From contig OZ245742.1 of NCBI GenBank assembly GCA_965227295.1, positions 2,368,001 to 2,432,000 on the forward strand: a stretch of 64,000 bases of DNA, read 5' to 3'. The stretch is from Leptonemataceae bacterium (lineage in GTDB: Bacteria; Spirochaetota; Leptospiria; Leptospirales; Leptonemataceae). The position numbers and the translations under genes are program-made. Below are positions 48,026-56,597 of this stretch, one piece after another. The notes under the pieces were generated by a model, which had not been told where the DNA came from, did not search any database, and was given only the letters and a program-made list of their open reading frames with translations. Within the stretch, counting starts at the first letter, position 1. Every line of letters starts with the position of its first letter.

Positions 48026-49096
48026 GCCGCTGCTCTTCGCTTTGCCCTTCGAGCCCTTTGCGGATTTTTCACTAACGTTACGCGAAGATGACTTAACCTG
48101 GCCGCGGGTTTGCAACGGGGTCTTTTGCACGTTTTCGCGACCGATGAGGGCTTCCATGACGCCGAAGGCCACGGCCTGGGCCACGGGCACCGCCACGGCG
48201 TTGCCGAACTGTTTGTAGGCCTGGGTGTCCGAGACGACGATGTCGTAGTCCTCGGGAAAACCCATGAGCCGCGCGCATTCTCGCGGCGTGAGCCGACGGG
48301 GGTTGCTGTTCTTCACGGGGACGAGAATCTCGGAGCCGTCTTTGTAATACCGTGCGGAAAGCGTGCGGGCGATGCCGTCCGGTTCCACCATGCCGAAGCC
48401 GAAACCGTGGCCGGCCTTGCGGTGTTTTTCTTTGTAGGCCTGCAAGTAATTCCAGAGCCGGTCGCTGAGGACGTAGCGCTCGTCGAACTTTTCTTCGAGG
48501 ATGTCGGCGATGCGCGGTTCACGTTCCCGGGCGAGTTCCGGAAAACGAAACGTGCGGGCCGCGGCCTTGTCGCGAAAACCGACCAGGAAGATGCGCTCAC
48601 GATTCTGAGGCAGAACCTTCGCCGCATTCAGGATACGGTAGTCCATGTAGTAGCCGAGTTCGTCGGCCAGGGTCCGCCGGATGATTTCAAAGGTGCGTCC
48701 GCCGTCATGATAGACGAGGTTCTTGACGTTCTCCAGAACGAACGCCTTCGGTCGCCGGTCGCGTAAAATGCGCGCGACTTCAAAGAAGAGCGTGCCCTGG
48801 GTTTTGTCGAGGAAGCCGTGGGCCCGGCCGAGGGCGTTCTTCTTGCTCACGCCCGCAATCGAAAAGGCCTGGCAGGGGAAACCCGCCGTAAGCACGTCGA
48901 AGTTCGGGATGTCCGTCGAGGCGACCTCCCGGATGTCCCCGGTGGGTTCGTCCCCGAAGTTGGCCGAGTAGGTCTTCCGGGCGAACCGGTCCCACTCGCT
49001 GGAAAATACGCACTGGAGTCCCAGGGATTCGAAGGCTAACCGGAAGCCGCCGATCCCGGCAAAAAGGTCTATAAAACGCATACCGCCGTTCCGCAT
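48002..49096 (-). CDS. dcm: DNA cytosine-5 methyltransferase, Dcm/M.EcoRII-like; start approximate
   Basis: FIDLFAGIGG, AGFPCQAFSIAGVSKKNALGRAHGF, LENVKNL, QNRER, ARTLSARYYKDGSEIL, YKQFGNAV. Confidence 0.9.
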   Translation of the reverse strand: MRNGGMRFIDLFAGIGGFRLAFESLGLQCVFSSEWDRFARKTYSANFGDEPTGDIREVASTDIPNFDVLTAGFPCQAFSIAGVSKKNALGRAHGFLDKTQGTLFFEVARILRDRRPKAFVLENVKNLVYHDGGRTFEIIRRTLADELGYYMDYRILNAAKVLPQNRERIFLVGFRDKAAARTFRFPELAREREPRIADILEEKFDERYVLSDRLWNYLQAYKEKHRKAGHGFGFGMVEPDGIARTLSARYYKDGSEILVPVKNSNPRRLTPRECARLMGFPEDYDIVVSDTQAYKQFGNAVAVPVAQAVAFGVMEALIGRENVQKTPLQTRGQVKSSSRNVSEKSAKGSKGKAKSSGSRRRKIA

Positions 49097-49249
49097 CGTC
49101 ACTGTAGTATTAGAATCGGCCGGTTTCGCGATTTGCCCGCGCAAATTCCTGCGACCGCCGCCGCCGATTAAGATAGAGTCGTCCGTCATTCGGTTCATGT
49201 CATCCTCCCAACGCGCACACTATAGCACGGGGGTGTGACATTATTTGTT

Positions 49250-49421
49250 ACTCCGAGGACCGAGAGGCCGAGGAAGACAAAAAAATTTACCACCGAGACG
49301 CCGGGGATACCGAGTTGAAGACGGGAGCAATCATCTTGTAAACATTCGGCGCTCATTGCCCGCCAGCCTTCGTACTCCACCAGATCTCCACATCTTCCCT
49401 CGAAGCCTCGGACCTCGGAGT
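49250..49421. repeat. ~170-bp segment bounded by imperfect inverted repeats (MITE-like)
   Basis: actccgaggaccgagaggccgaggaaga ... tcttccctcgaagcctcggacctcggagt. Confidence 0.45.
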
Positions 49422-49435
49422 CGCTCTTTCTTCTA

Positions 49436-51976
49436 TTAAAGTCCCAGCTCGTTCATCTGGTATCTCAGCCGGTTGCGCTTCATGCCCAGCATTTCCGCGG
49501 CCTTCGTTTTGTTGCCGTTCGTCCGCCGCAGCGCGTCCTCGATCAGCGCCCGGGAGTAGGATTGCAGGGCCTCGTCGAAGTTCGGTGGTGTCGCGTTCAT
49601 GTCAGGGGCGGCCGCGGTGAATACCGCGGGCCGGCCGGAACTCAGGGCTGCGACGGGCGCCACGGCGGAGCGGGATGCCTCGCGGACGGACGCCGGCAGA
49701 TGCTCCACGCCGATGTGAGCCGGGTCCGCGCGGTCGGCGGCCAGGGCCTGCATCAACACGTTTTCGAGTTCACGGATGTTGCCCGGCCAGCGGTAGGTCA
49801 GCAGCGCGGCGAGGGCTCGATCGTCGGGTTCCACGGGAGCGAGCCCCGTTTCTTCGCAGAAGTTCTTCAGAATAAAATCCACGAGCACGGGAATGTCCCG
49901 GCTCCGTTCCCGGAGGGGTGGTACATGGACGTGCAGGACGTTGATGCGGTACAGCAAATCCTCGCGGAACGTGCCCGCCTGGACCATGGTCGGCAGGTCG
50001 CGGTTGGTGGCGAAGATGAAACGACAGTCCGCCGGGCGCATCTCGGTCCCGCCGACGGGATGATACTGTCGCTCCTGTAAGAGGCGCAGGAGCTTCGCCT
50101 GCATTTCCAGCGGCAGCTCGCCGACCTCGTCGAAGAAGAGCGATCCGCCCGCGGCCTCGGCGACGCGGCCGGCCCGGGCGTTGCGCGCGTCGGTGAAAGC
50201 GCCCTTCACGTGGCCGAAGATCTCATCTTCCCAGAGCGTCGCCGGCACGGCGGCGCAGTTCACCGCGACGAACGGTCCGGCATCCCGGGGCTGTGTTTGC
50301 GCTTCCTGATCATCGTCGTTCGCCGTGTTGTCGTTGGAAAAGTGGATGAGCCGGGCGACCAGTTCCTTGCCGGTTCCGGTTTCTCCGGTAATGAGGATGG
50401 GCCGCTCGAACTCAGCGTAACGATGGGTGCGGCGAATCACTTCGCGCATGGCCGGGCTGGCCGTTACCAGGTTGCGGTCGCCGACGGAATGGATGATGGT
50501 TTGAGACTCGTCGTCTCCTGCGATGATGCGTTCGATCTCGTCGATGTGCTCGCTGTACTCGGTGTAGCGGTCCCGGGCGTTCTTCAGTACCCGCAACATG
50601 CCGGCGAAGGATTTCGAGAGGGCTACGAGCTCATCCCCTTCGATGTGCGTTGTCTCGTCCGCGACGTCCGGCTGATTGCGGCGTAGTTGGCCGAGGAGGC
50701 GCCGCAGGGGACGCGTCACCGTTTCCCGAAAGAGCAACGGGAATACCACTAACATGAACACGGTTGATGCCAGTACGGCCAGGCAGTACTCCAGGGCGAC
50801 GGCGTGGATCCGCGCGCGATAGTTGTCGTAGCTGAAGCCGTACTCCCGGCTGTCGTCGCGAAAAAAGACGAACGGCCGGCCGGCGATCCAGCGATACGAG
50901 CGTTGGAGTTTTTGAATGGGCGGTGCGCCCACGGCCGGCGGCAGAGTGGATGCCGTTTCCGATAGGCCGGCGTCCGCGGTCCAGAGTTCGGCCAGGGACT
51001 CCCCGGCCTGAACGGCATCGCTCCGTTCGAAGACGACGCGCCCGCGGTCGGTGTTGTTGCCGGGAAGTTCGATGACATATTCCAGGATCGACGGGGCCAG
51101 ACGTTCCAGGGGAACGGCCGCTTCCAGCAACTGCCCGGCGACGTGCACGTCTTCCAGGCGTTCGCGGTTGTACTGCTGTTCTTCACGCTGAATGGCCCGC
51201 ATGCCCAGGATCGAGAGCAGGGACATGATGGCCACGAGGGAGATGCCCACCAGCTTTACAATGAACGAAGACGGTTCGCTGGAAGTGTTTAAGTAGAACA
51301 AAACGTAGAGCGAAAAGATCAGCAGGAAGCCGGAGTTCTCCAGGAGGTTCACCGTTTGTCGGGAGCCGAAGCCCAGGGTCAGCAATACAAACAAGATCGG
51401 GATGGCGAGTTCGAGCAACGTCAGTACAAAGAAGGCGAGCGCCGGGCGATTGAAGCGCGAGTTCCCCGAACCGCGCAGGGCCTGGCGGCCGAGTACGATC
51501 AGCCCCCAGACAAAAGTGATCGCAACCAACGCCGGAATGTACGCGGAGTAGTAGGTACTCTCGTAGTTGTGATTCTGAAAGTTGTAGCGTACTTCCGCGA
51601 GACTTGCGCGCACGGCGTAGTCGCCGAAGGCCAGCACCGCGGCCGCGGCGGTGACGAAGAGGACGATGCGCGCCTCCCGCGGCCAGGCCGGCGACGGCAA
51701 GCGGTAGGCGAACTGGATTTTGAAGATCATGCCGAACAGGACGGCGGCCGCGGCATACCAGCCGGCGGTGCCCCAGGGAGCGTTGATGGAAAAACCAAAG
51801 AGCGAGCCCAGGTTGTAGACGCTGAAGATCAAAAAGAACCCGGCGAGCCAGTAGGTGCGCGTGGTCTTCTTCGGCAGGGACAGCAGATAGAATGCGCTCA
51901 GCAGGGTGAACAGCGTCGGCGTTAACCGGCCGAACGAGCTGGCAGTGAGTGAGATCGCGTCGACAATGAGGAACAT
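49436..51976 (-). CDS. Membrane-bound sigma54-dependent activator (multi-TM sensor, HAMP-like linker, AAA+, Fis HTH)
   Basis: Many N-terminal TM segments; ITGETGTGKELVAR, VNCAA, GAFTDA, FFDEVGEL, FREDLLYR, WPGNIREL, GNKTKAAEMLG. Confidence 0.92.
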   Translation of the reverse strand: MFLIVDAISLTASSFGRLTPTLFTLLSAFYLLSLPKKTTRTYWLAGFFLIFSVYNLGSLFGFSINAPWGTAGWYAAAAVLFGMIFKIQFAYRLPSPAWPREARIVLFVTAAAAVLAFGDYAVRASLAEVRYNFQNHNYESTYYSAYIPALVAITFVWGLIVLGRQALRGSGNSRFNRPALAFFVLTLLELAIPILFVLLTLGFGSRQTVNLLENSGFLLIFSLYVLFYLNTSSEPSSFIVKLVGISLVAIMSLLSILGMRAIQREEQQYNRERLEDVHVAGQLLEAAVPLERLAPSILEYVIELPGNNTDRGRVVFERSDAVQAGESLAELWTADAGLSETASTLPPAVGAPPIQKLQRSYRWIAGRPFVFFRDDSREYGFSYDNYRARIHAVALEYCLAVLASTVFMLVVFPLLFRETVTRPLRRLLGQLRRNQPDVADETTHIEGDELVALSKSFAGMLRVLKNARDRYTEYSEHIDEIERIIAGDDESQTIIHSVGDRNLVTASPAMREVIRRTHRYAEFERPILITGETGTGKELVARLIHFSNDNTANDDDQEAQTQPRDAGPFVAVNCAAVPATLWEDEIFGHVKGAFTDARNARAGRVAEAAGGSLFFDEVGELPLEMQAKLLRLLQERQYHPVGGTEMRPADCRFIFATNRDLPTMVQAGTFREDLLYRINVLHVHVPPLRERSRDIPVLVDFILKNFCEETGLAPVEPDDRALAALLTYRWPGNIRELENVLMQALAADRADPAHIGVEHLPASVREASRSAVAPVAALSSGRPAVFTAAAPDMNATPPNFDEALQSYSRALIEDALRRTNGNKTKAAEMLGMKRNRLRYQMNELGL

Positions 51977-51977
51977 A

Positions 51978-52030
51978 TGCCGCCAGTTTTTTGCCGGTGC
52001 CCGAATCTCTGCCGCCAAAAATTCGTCGGT
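51978..52030. promoter_or_regulatory. Tandem candidate activator-binding sites (UAS)
   Basis: TGCCGCCA-N7-GYCGGT at 51978-51998 and 52010-52030, 32 bp apart. Confidence 0.5.
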
Positions 52031-52088
52031 CAGTCTTTTTCTACATACAGGTGCGTCGCGTTGATGCGGTGCGTGTCTGTTTTTGCGC

Positions 52089-52216
52089 CAGGGATTGGAA
52101 GGGTTGCGCCGGGAGGCGCAAGTCCGGAGCGCGCAGCGCGCAGGACCGGAGCGATAGCGGAGCCCTGGAAAGCCCGCCGGGCCGCCGCCTCCGCGGCGCG
52201 GCGGCCCGGGGCGCCC
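52089..52216 (+). repeat. Diverged member of the GC-rich multi-hairpin repeat family
   Basis: Shares gcggagccc, ccgccgcctccgcggcgcggcgg and terminal CGCCC with 9479-9602; stems are kept with different sequence. Confidence 0.72.
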
Positions 52217-52260
52217 AAATGCTCGTGTTCCAGGTCCTTGATTCTATTTGGTTTTTTGGA

Positions 52261-52276
52261 TGGCACACCTCTTGCA
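52261..52276 (+). promoter_or_regulatory. Sigma54 -24/-12 promoter
   Basis: TGGCACACCTCTTGCA matches TGGCAC-N5-TTGCA; divergent from a sigma54 activator gene. Confidence 0.88.
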
Positions 52277-52338
52277 AATGTCCCGCGTACGGCAGTCGTG
52301 AACCGCCGTGAAAATAACAAATACCAGGAAGGGAATTC

Positions 52339-53172
52339 ATGAATTTGAAGAAACTCAGTTTGATGCTTGCGGCGTTCTTAATAGCCGGAAGCGCCGTGAG
52401 CCTCAGCGCCGCGGATTATACCATCTTCGTACACGGCCGCTCGGGCCAGAACCACTGCGGTACCGGGACGAGTGACAACAACAACTACTGGGGCTCCGCG
52501 AAGAACATCAATACTTCGACCACCAAATACTTCGTCGGTTACGACGGATCCTCGGACCCGCGGACGTGGGGGAATTGCCGCGCACAATCCAACATCAACA
52601 CGGTCTTCAATCAACGTTGCCGCGGTTCGAACAACTGCAAAGTGATCTGCCACAGCGCCGGTTGCTACGCCGTCGAGTACTTCCTCGATAAGACCTCCAC
52701 AAACTTCAACATCGACTTCGTGATGGCCTCGTCCAGCGCTGCCGGCGGATCGGAGCTGGCCAACCTGGCGTTCTGGGCCTGGGGCGGAATGGACAACGCC
52801 CTCAAGACCGGCAACGCCCGCGGTTCCTACAATCACAACGACATGAAAGGCGTCGGCATCTGGGCCATTGCCGGTTATCGTTCCCAGTGGTACGTGGACT
52901 GGATGCTGCCGGGTAAAGACGACGGCGCCGTGGCCCTGCACAGCACCTGCGGTCATCGTACCACCGGCTCGCACAGCAAGTGCAACCAGTCCCGCTACAG
53001 CTCGCACTTCATCTGGAGCGGCGGTTACAACAACAACAACGGCTGGAGCGGCGATCGCAAGGCTTACAACAAGACCCACACGGGCGACGGCAGTAACTCC
53101 ATCAACACGGCCATGAAGAAAGAATGGAACGACTGTAAGTCGACGACCATCAACGGCTTCCGCTGCAAATAA
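52339..53172 (+). CDS. Secreted Cys/Asn-rich alpha/beta hydrolase (lipase/esterase-like)
   Basis: Signal peptide, IFVHGRS, ICHSAG elbow, AAGGSELAN, DDGAV, C-terminal His; 7 Cys. Confidence 0.8.
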   Translation: MNLKKLSLMLAAFLIAGSAVSLSAADYTIFVHGRSGQNHCGTGTSDNNNYWGSAKNINTSTTKYFVGYDGSSDPRTWGNCRAQSNINTVFNQRCRGSNNCKVICHSAGCYAVEYFLDKTSTNFNIDFVMASSSAAGGSELANLAFWAWGGMDNALKTGNARGSYNHNDMKGVGIWAIAGYRSQWYVDWMLPGKDDGAVALHSTCGHRTTGSHSKCNQSRYSSHFIWSGGYNNNNGWSGDRKAYNKTHTGDGSNSINTAMKKEWNDCKSTTINGFRCK

Positions 53173-53224
53173 GCGCGAGCCCGACGCCGCCTCCGGCGCC
53201 GCCCTCATTATGAACCACTCACCG

Positions 53225-53257
53225 GCCGCGGCTCACCGGAGTCGCGGCTTTTTCTTT
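53225..53257 (+). terminator. Rho-independent terminator
   Basis: gccgcggctc-accg-gagtcgcggc followed by tttttcttt. Confidence 0.8.
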
Positions 53258-53608
53258 GCCGGCCGCCCGGTCGTTTGTGCGCGTTCTGCAAGAATTGTAC
53301 TTGATTGTCACAAATTGCAAGCTTGTTTGTCGCAGCTTTCGGACTGGCCCGGAATAATCCTTCATCCTGGTCAGATGTTGTTAGCGGATCTCACTACATC
53401 GAATTCGGGGACGATATCTATTCCTGCCCGTAGAATTTTCGTTGTAATTTTCGTTGCCGAATAGTCCGATACAAAACAGATTACTTGATGTTTTTTAGTA
53501 AAGGTCGCTCCGCCGGAACTAAAAAATACGGCAATCTGCTTTAAGGAAATAGTGATTAAAGACTAGAACGGGTAGATCACAGGTCAAATCACAACAGAGG
53601 TAACCACC

Positions 53609-54025
53609 ATGAACGCAACGGCCTCCCGACACATCAAGTTAAACACCCCCGCTATGGAATCCGCAAAATCCATTTTGATCATCGACGACTCCGCCTCCAT
53701 CCGCAAACTCGTTAGCATCGCTCTCGGCGGGCGGGGCTACGAACTCATTGAAAGCGTGGACGGTGCCGAAGGTCTCGACCTCGTGCGCAGTCGGAGCGTG
53801 GACCTGATCATCTGCGACGTCAACATGCCGAACCTGGACGGTATCTCGTTCCTGCAGAAAATTCGCGAAATCGACGCGCACCGTTTTACGCCGGTCATCA
53901 TGCTGACTACGGAATCCCAGGAAGCGCTGAAAGAGCAGGGCCATGCGGCCGGCGCCCGCGCCTGGATCGTCAAACCGTTTCAGGCGGAGCAGCTCGTGGC
54001 TGCAGTCGAACGTCTTCTGGTGTGA
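53609..54025 (+). CDS. cheY: Chemotaxis response regulator
   Basis: ILIIDDS, CDVNMPNLDG, HRFTPVIMLTTE, AWIVKPF; RBS AGAGG. Confidence 0.92.
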   Translation: MNATASRHIKLNTPAMESAKSILIIDDSASIRKLVSIALGGRGYELIESVDGAEGLDLVRSRSVDLIICDVNMPNLDGISFLQKIREIDAHRFTPVIMLTTESQEALKEQGHAAGARAWIVKPFQAEQLVAAVERLLV

Positions 54026-54138
54026 GCTGACTGCTGTAGTCAACTCTCACTGAATTTTCACATAAATCGAACGCTGAGATTCGGAATTCCGGTTGGCGAA
54101 ATAGCGGGCCGGGATGTATTATTGTAGACGCGTCCCAA

Positions 54139-54540
54139 ATGAGTTTCCTGGAGATAGAAGATCGGAGCACGGGCGAGCGTTTTGTTCGTGTTCGCGGTGC
54201 CATGGTCATACGCCATGCTGCAAATCTGGCGGAAGAGTGGAAGACTGCCCGGGTCGGAGTCGATAATCTAATCGTCGATCTTTCCGGTGTCAGCGAGCTC
54301 GATAGCTCGGGTGTGCAGTTGCTCGTCGCTTTGAAAAAAGAATCGCTGGCTTCGGGAACATCGTTCAAACTCGTGCAGCACTCTCCGGCGGTTCTTTCCG
54401 TTTTCGCGCTCTACGGACTCGCCGCGTTTTTCGGCGACCGCATTCGACTCAAGTCGGGTGAGCGTGATGCCTACGGTTTTCTCTACGGGCTGCGACGTGG
54501 CAATTATGGATCTATCCGAAGCGAGAGACGTTTTTCTTGA
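54139..54540 (+). CDS. STAS domain protein
   Basis: VDLSGVSELDSSGVQLL; located between cheY and cheA. Confidence 0.85.
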   Translation: MSFLEIEDRSTGERFVRVRGAMVIRHAANLAEEWKTARVGVDNLIVDLSGVSELDSSGVQLLVALKKESLASGTSFKLVQHSPAVLSVFALYGLAAFFGDRIRLKSGERDAYGFLYGLRRGNYGSIRSERRFS

Positions 54541-56593
54541 TGAATGTGCCGAGTTGTTGGAGCGCATGGAGCAATGCCTGCTCGCCCTGGACGAAGATCC
54601 TGGTGACGACGAGGCCGGCCGCGCGCTCTTTCGGGCCGTGCATACCATCAAAGGTTCAGCCGGCGTCTTCGGCTTCAGCCACATCGAAGACTTCACCCAC
54701 GACCTGGAAAACCTCCTCGATCTTGTGCGCTCCGGCTCCGTTCCCGTGGAACCGGAACTGGTGCGCCTCTTTCTGGATTGCCGCGATCACATCGGCGTGC
54801 TGCTCGGTCTCATAGATGCTTCCGGTGTCGTGCATGCGGCGGGCACCGAGACCGCGGCCCGGGGCACCGTACTCATGCAACGCGTACGCGAGCGGCTCCC
54901 CGCTACGAAAGAAGATTCTTCTATAGAAGAGAGCGCAGGAAAGACCGCGGACAGCGCCGCGCATGCCGCCGCCGAAACGCACTGGCGCCTGAGCCTGGAA
55001 TTTCAACCGGACGTGTTTCGCCACGGCCTGGATCCGTTGCCGTTCGTTCGTTATCTGCGTGAAATCGGCACCATCCGCGACGTCATTACACACACTGATC
55101 GTGTGCCGACCCTGGAGCAGCTCGATCCCGAAAGCTGCGTGCTGGACTTCGAGATCCTGTTTACCGGCGCCGTCACCGAAGCACAGCTCCGGGAGGCCTT
55201 TGAGTTCGTTGAGCACGATTGCAAGATTCGCATTGAACGTGTTACGGAAGACGCGGTGAAGGATGAGGCCGCCGCCCCGAAGTCAGCCGGCGCAAGCCGC
55301 GTGCCGATCAGCGGCGACTCGTTCAGCGCCCTCGCGGCGGCCGGGCATCGGGAGAGTCGTTCCTTTCGCGTGGACGCGCGCAAGCTGGATCACCTGGTCA
55401 ACCTGGTCGGGGAGTTGGTCATCTCCACGGCGCACCTGGCCCAGGTCGCGGACTTCGACGAGAACTCCGGCGCGGCAAGCATTACGGATCAAGTATTGAA
55501 GCTCGTCGGCGAAATTCGTGACGGCGCCTTCGGCCTGCGCATGGTGCCCATCGGCGGCATCTTCAGTCGCTTTCGCCGTGCCGTGCACGATCTCTCCGCG
55601 GAGTTGCAGAAATCCGTCCGCCTGGAGACTCACGGCGGCGACACCGAACTGGATCGCAACATCGTCGAACGCCTCACCGATCCGCTCATGCACATCGTTC
55701 GTAATGCCGCGGACCACGGCCTGGAATCTCCCGCCGAACGCGCGCAGGCCGGCAAGGACCCCGAGGGTCGCATCACCCTGCACGCCTTCGGTGAGACCGG
55801 TGAGATTGTGATCGAAGTCAAGGACGACGGCCGCGGTCTCGACGCCGCCGCCATTCGACGCAAAGCCGAGAGCCAGGGGCTGGTCGCTCCGGAGCAGGAA
55901 CTCACGCGTGAAGAAGTGCTGCGTCTGATCTTTCATCCCGGCATGTCCACGGCGGCCAACGTTACGAACATTTCCGGCCGCGGCGTGGGCATGGACGTGG
56001 TGTTGCGGAACATCGAAGCGTTGCGCGGTCGGGTGGAGCTGGACTCCGAACCCGGCAAAGGGACCACTGTGCGTATCATCCTGCCGCTGACCCTGGCCAT
56101 CATCGACGGTTTTCTGGTGCGTGCCGGCGAAAGTCACTTCGTGATTCCCCTGGACATGGTGATGGAGTGCGTGGAGTTCGAAGAGGCCGGTACGGCCGCA
56201 CGCGGCGTGGTGAACCTGCGCGAAGAGGTGCTGCCCTTCGTTCGATTGACTTCGTTCTTCGAACTCACACCGCCGCCGCCGGGGGCGCGGACAAGCCTGG
56301 TCGTGGTCCGCCACGGCGCGCGCCGGGCCGGCCTGGTCGTCGAAGACCTGCTCGGCGAGTTTCAATCCGTCATTAAATCTCTGGGACCGCTCTTCGAGAA
56401 CGTGCGCGGCCTGAGCGGTTCTACGATCCTGGGCAACGGTGCCATCGCCCTTGTCCTCGACGTACCGACGTTGCTGGATCTGCTCGAAAACGAAGACGCG
56501 TCTTCGATGCGCGGCGGCGTGGATCTCTACAGTGTGCGCGAGGGATTGCTACGGGAACTGGAAGCGCCGGATGATTCGACACGGGGAGACTGA
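54506..56593 (+). CDS. cheA: Chemotaxis histidine kinase
   Basis: [59 protein letters not shown]-terminal CheW domain. Confidence 0.97.
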   Translation: MDLSEARDVFLDECAELLERMEQCLLALDEDPGDDEAGRALFRAVHTIKGSAGVFGFSHIEDFTHDLENLLDLVRSGSVPVEPELVRLFLDCRDHIGVLLGLIDASGVVHAAGTETAARGTVLMQRVRERLPATKEDSSIEESAGKTADSAAHAAAETHWRLSLEFQPDVFRHGLDPLPFVRYLREIGTIRDVITHTDRVPTLEQLDPESCVLDFEILFTGAVTEAQLREAFEFVEHDCKIRIERVTEDAVKDEAAAPKSAGASRVPISGDSFSALAAAGHRESRSFRVDARKLDHLVNLVGELVISTAHLAQVADFDENSGAASITDQVLKLVGEIRDGAFGLRMVPIGGIFSRFRRAVHDLSAELQKSVRLETHGGDTELDRNIVERLTDPLMHIVRNAADHGLESPAERAQAGKDPEGRITLHAFGETGEIVIEVKDDGRGLDAAAIRRKAESQGLVAPEQELTREEVLRLIFHPGMSTAANVTNISGRGVGMDVVLRNIEALRGRVELDSEPGKGTTVRIILPLTLAIIDGFLVRAGESHFVIPLDMVMECVEFEEAGTAARGVVNLREEVLPFVRLTSFFELTPPPPGARTSLVVVRHGARRAGLVVEDLLGEFQSVIKSLGPLFENVRGLSGSTILGNGAIALVLDVPTLLDLLENEDASSMRGGVDLYSVREGLLRELEAPDDSTRGD

Positions 56594-56597
56594 GGCC

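Noticed and set aside
53290..53600. Sigma28 or FNR/CRP sites upstream of cheY
   Set aside because: Only partial matches with wrong spacing.
56439..56597. Longer start for the CA-MCP ORF
   Set aside because: Overlaps the cheA 3' end; ATG 56598 has an RBS and gives a proper signal peptide.
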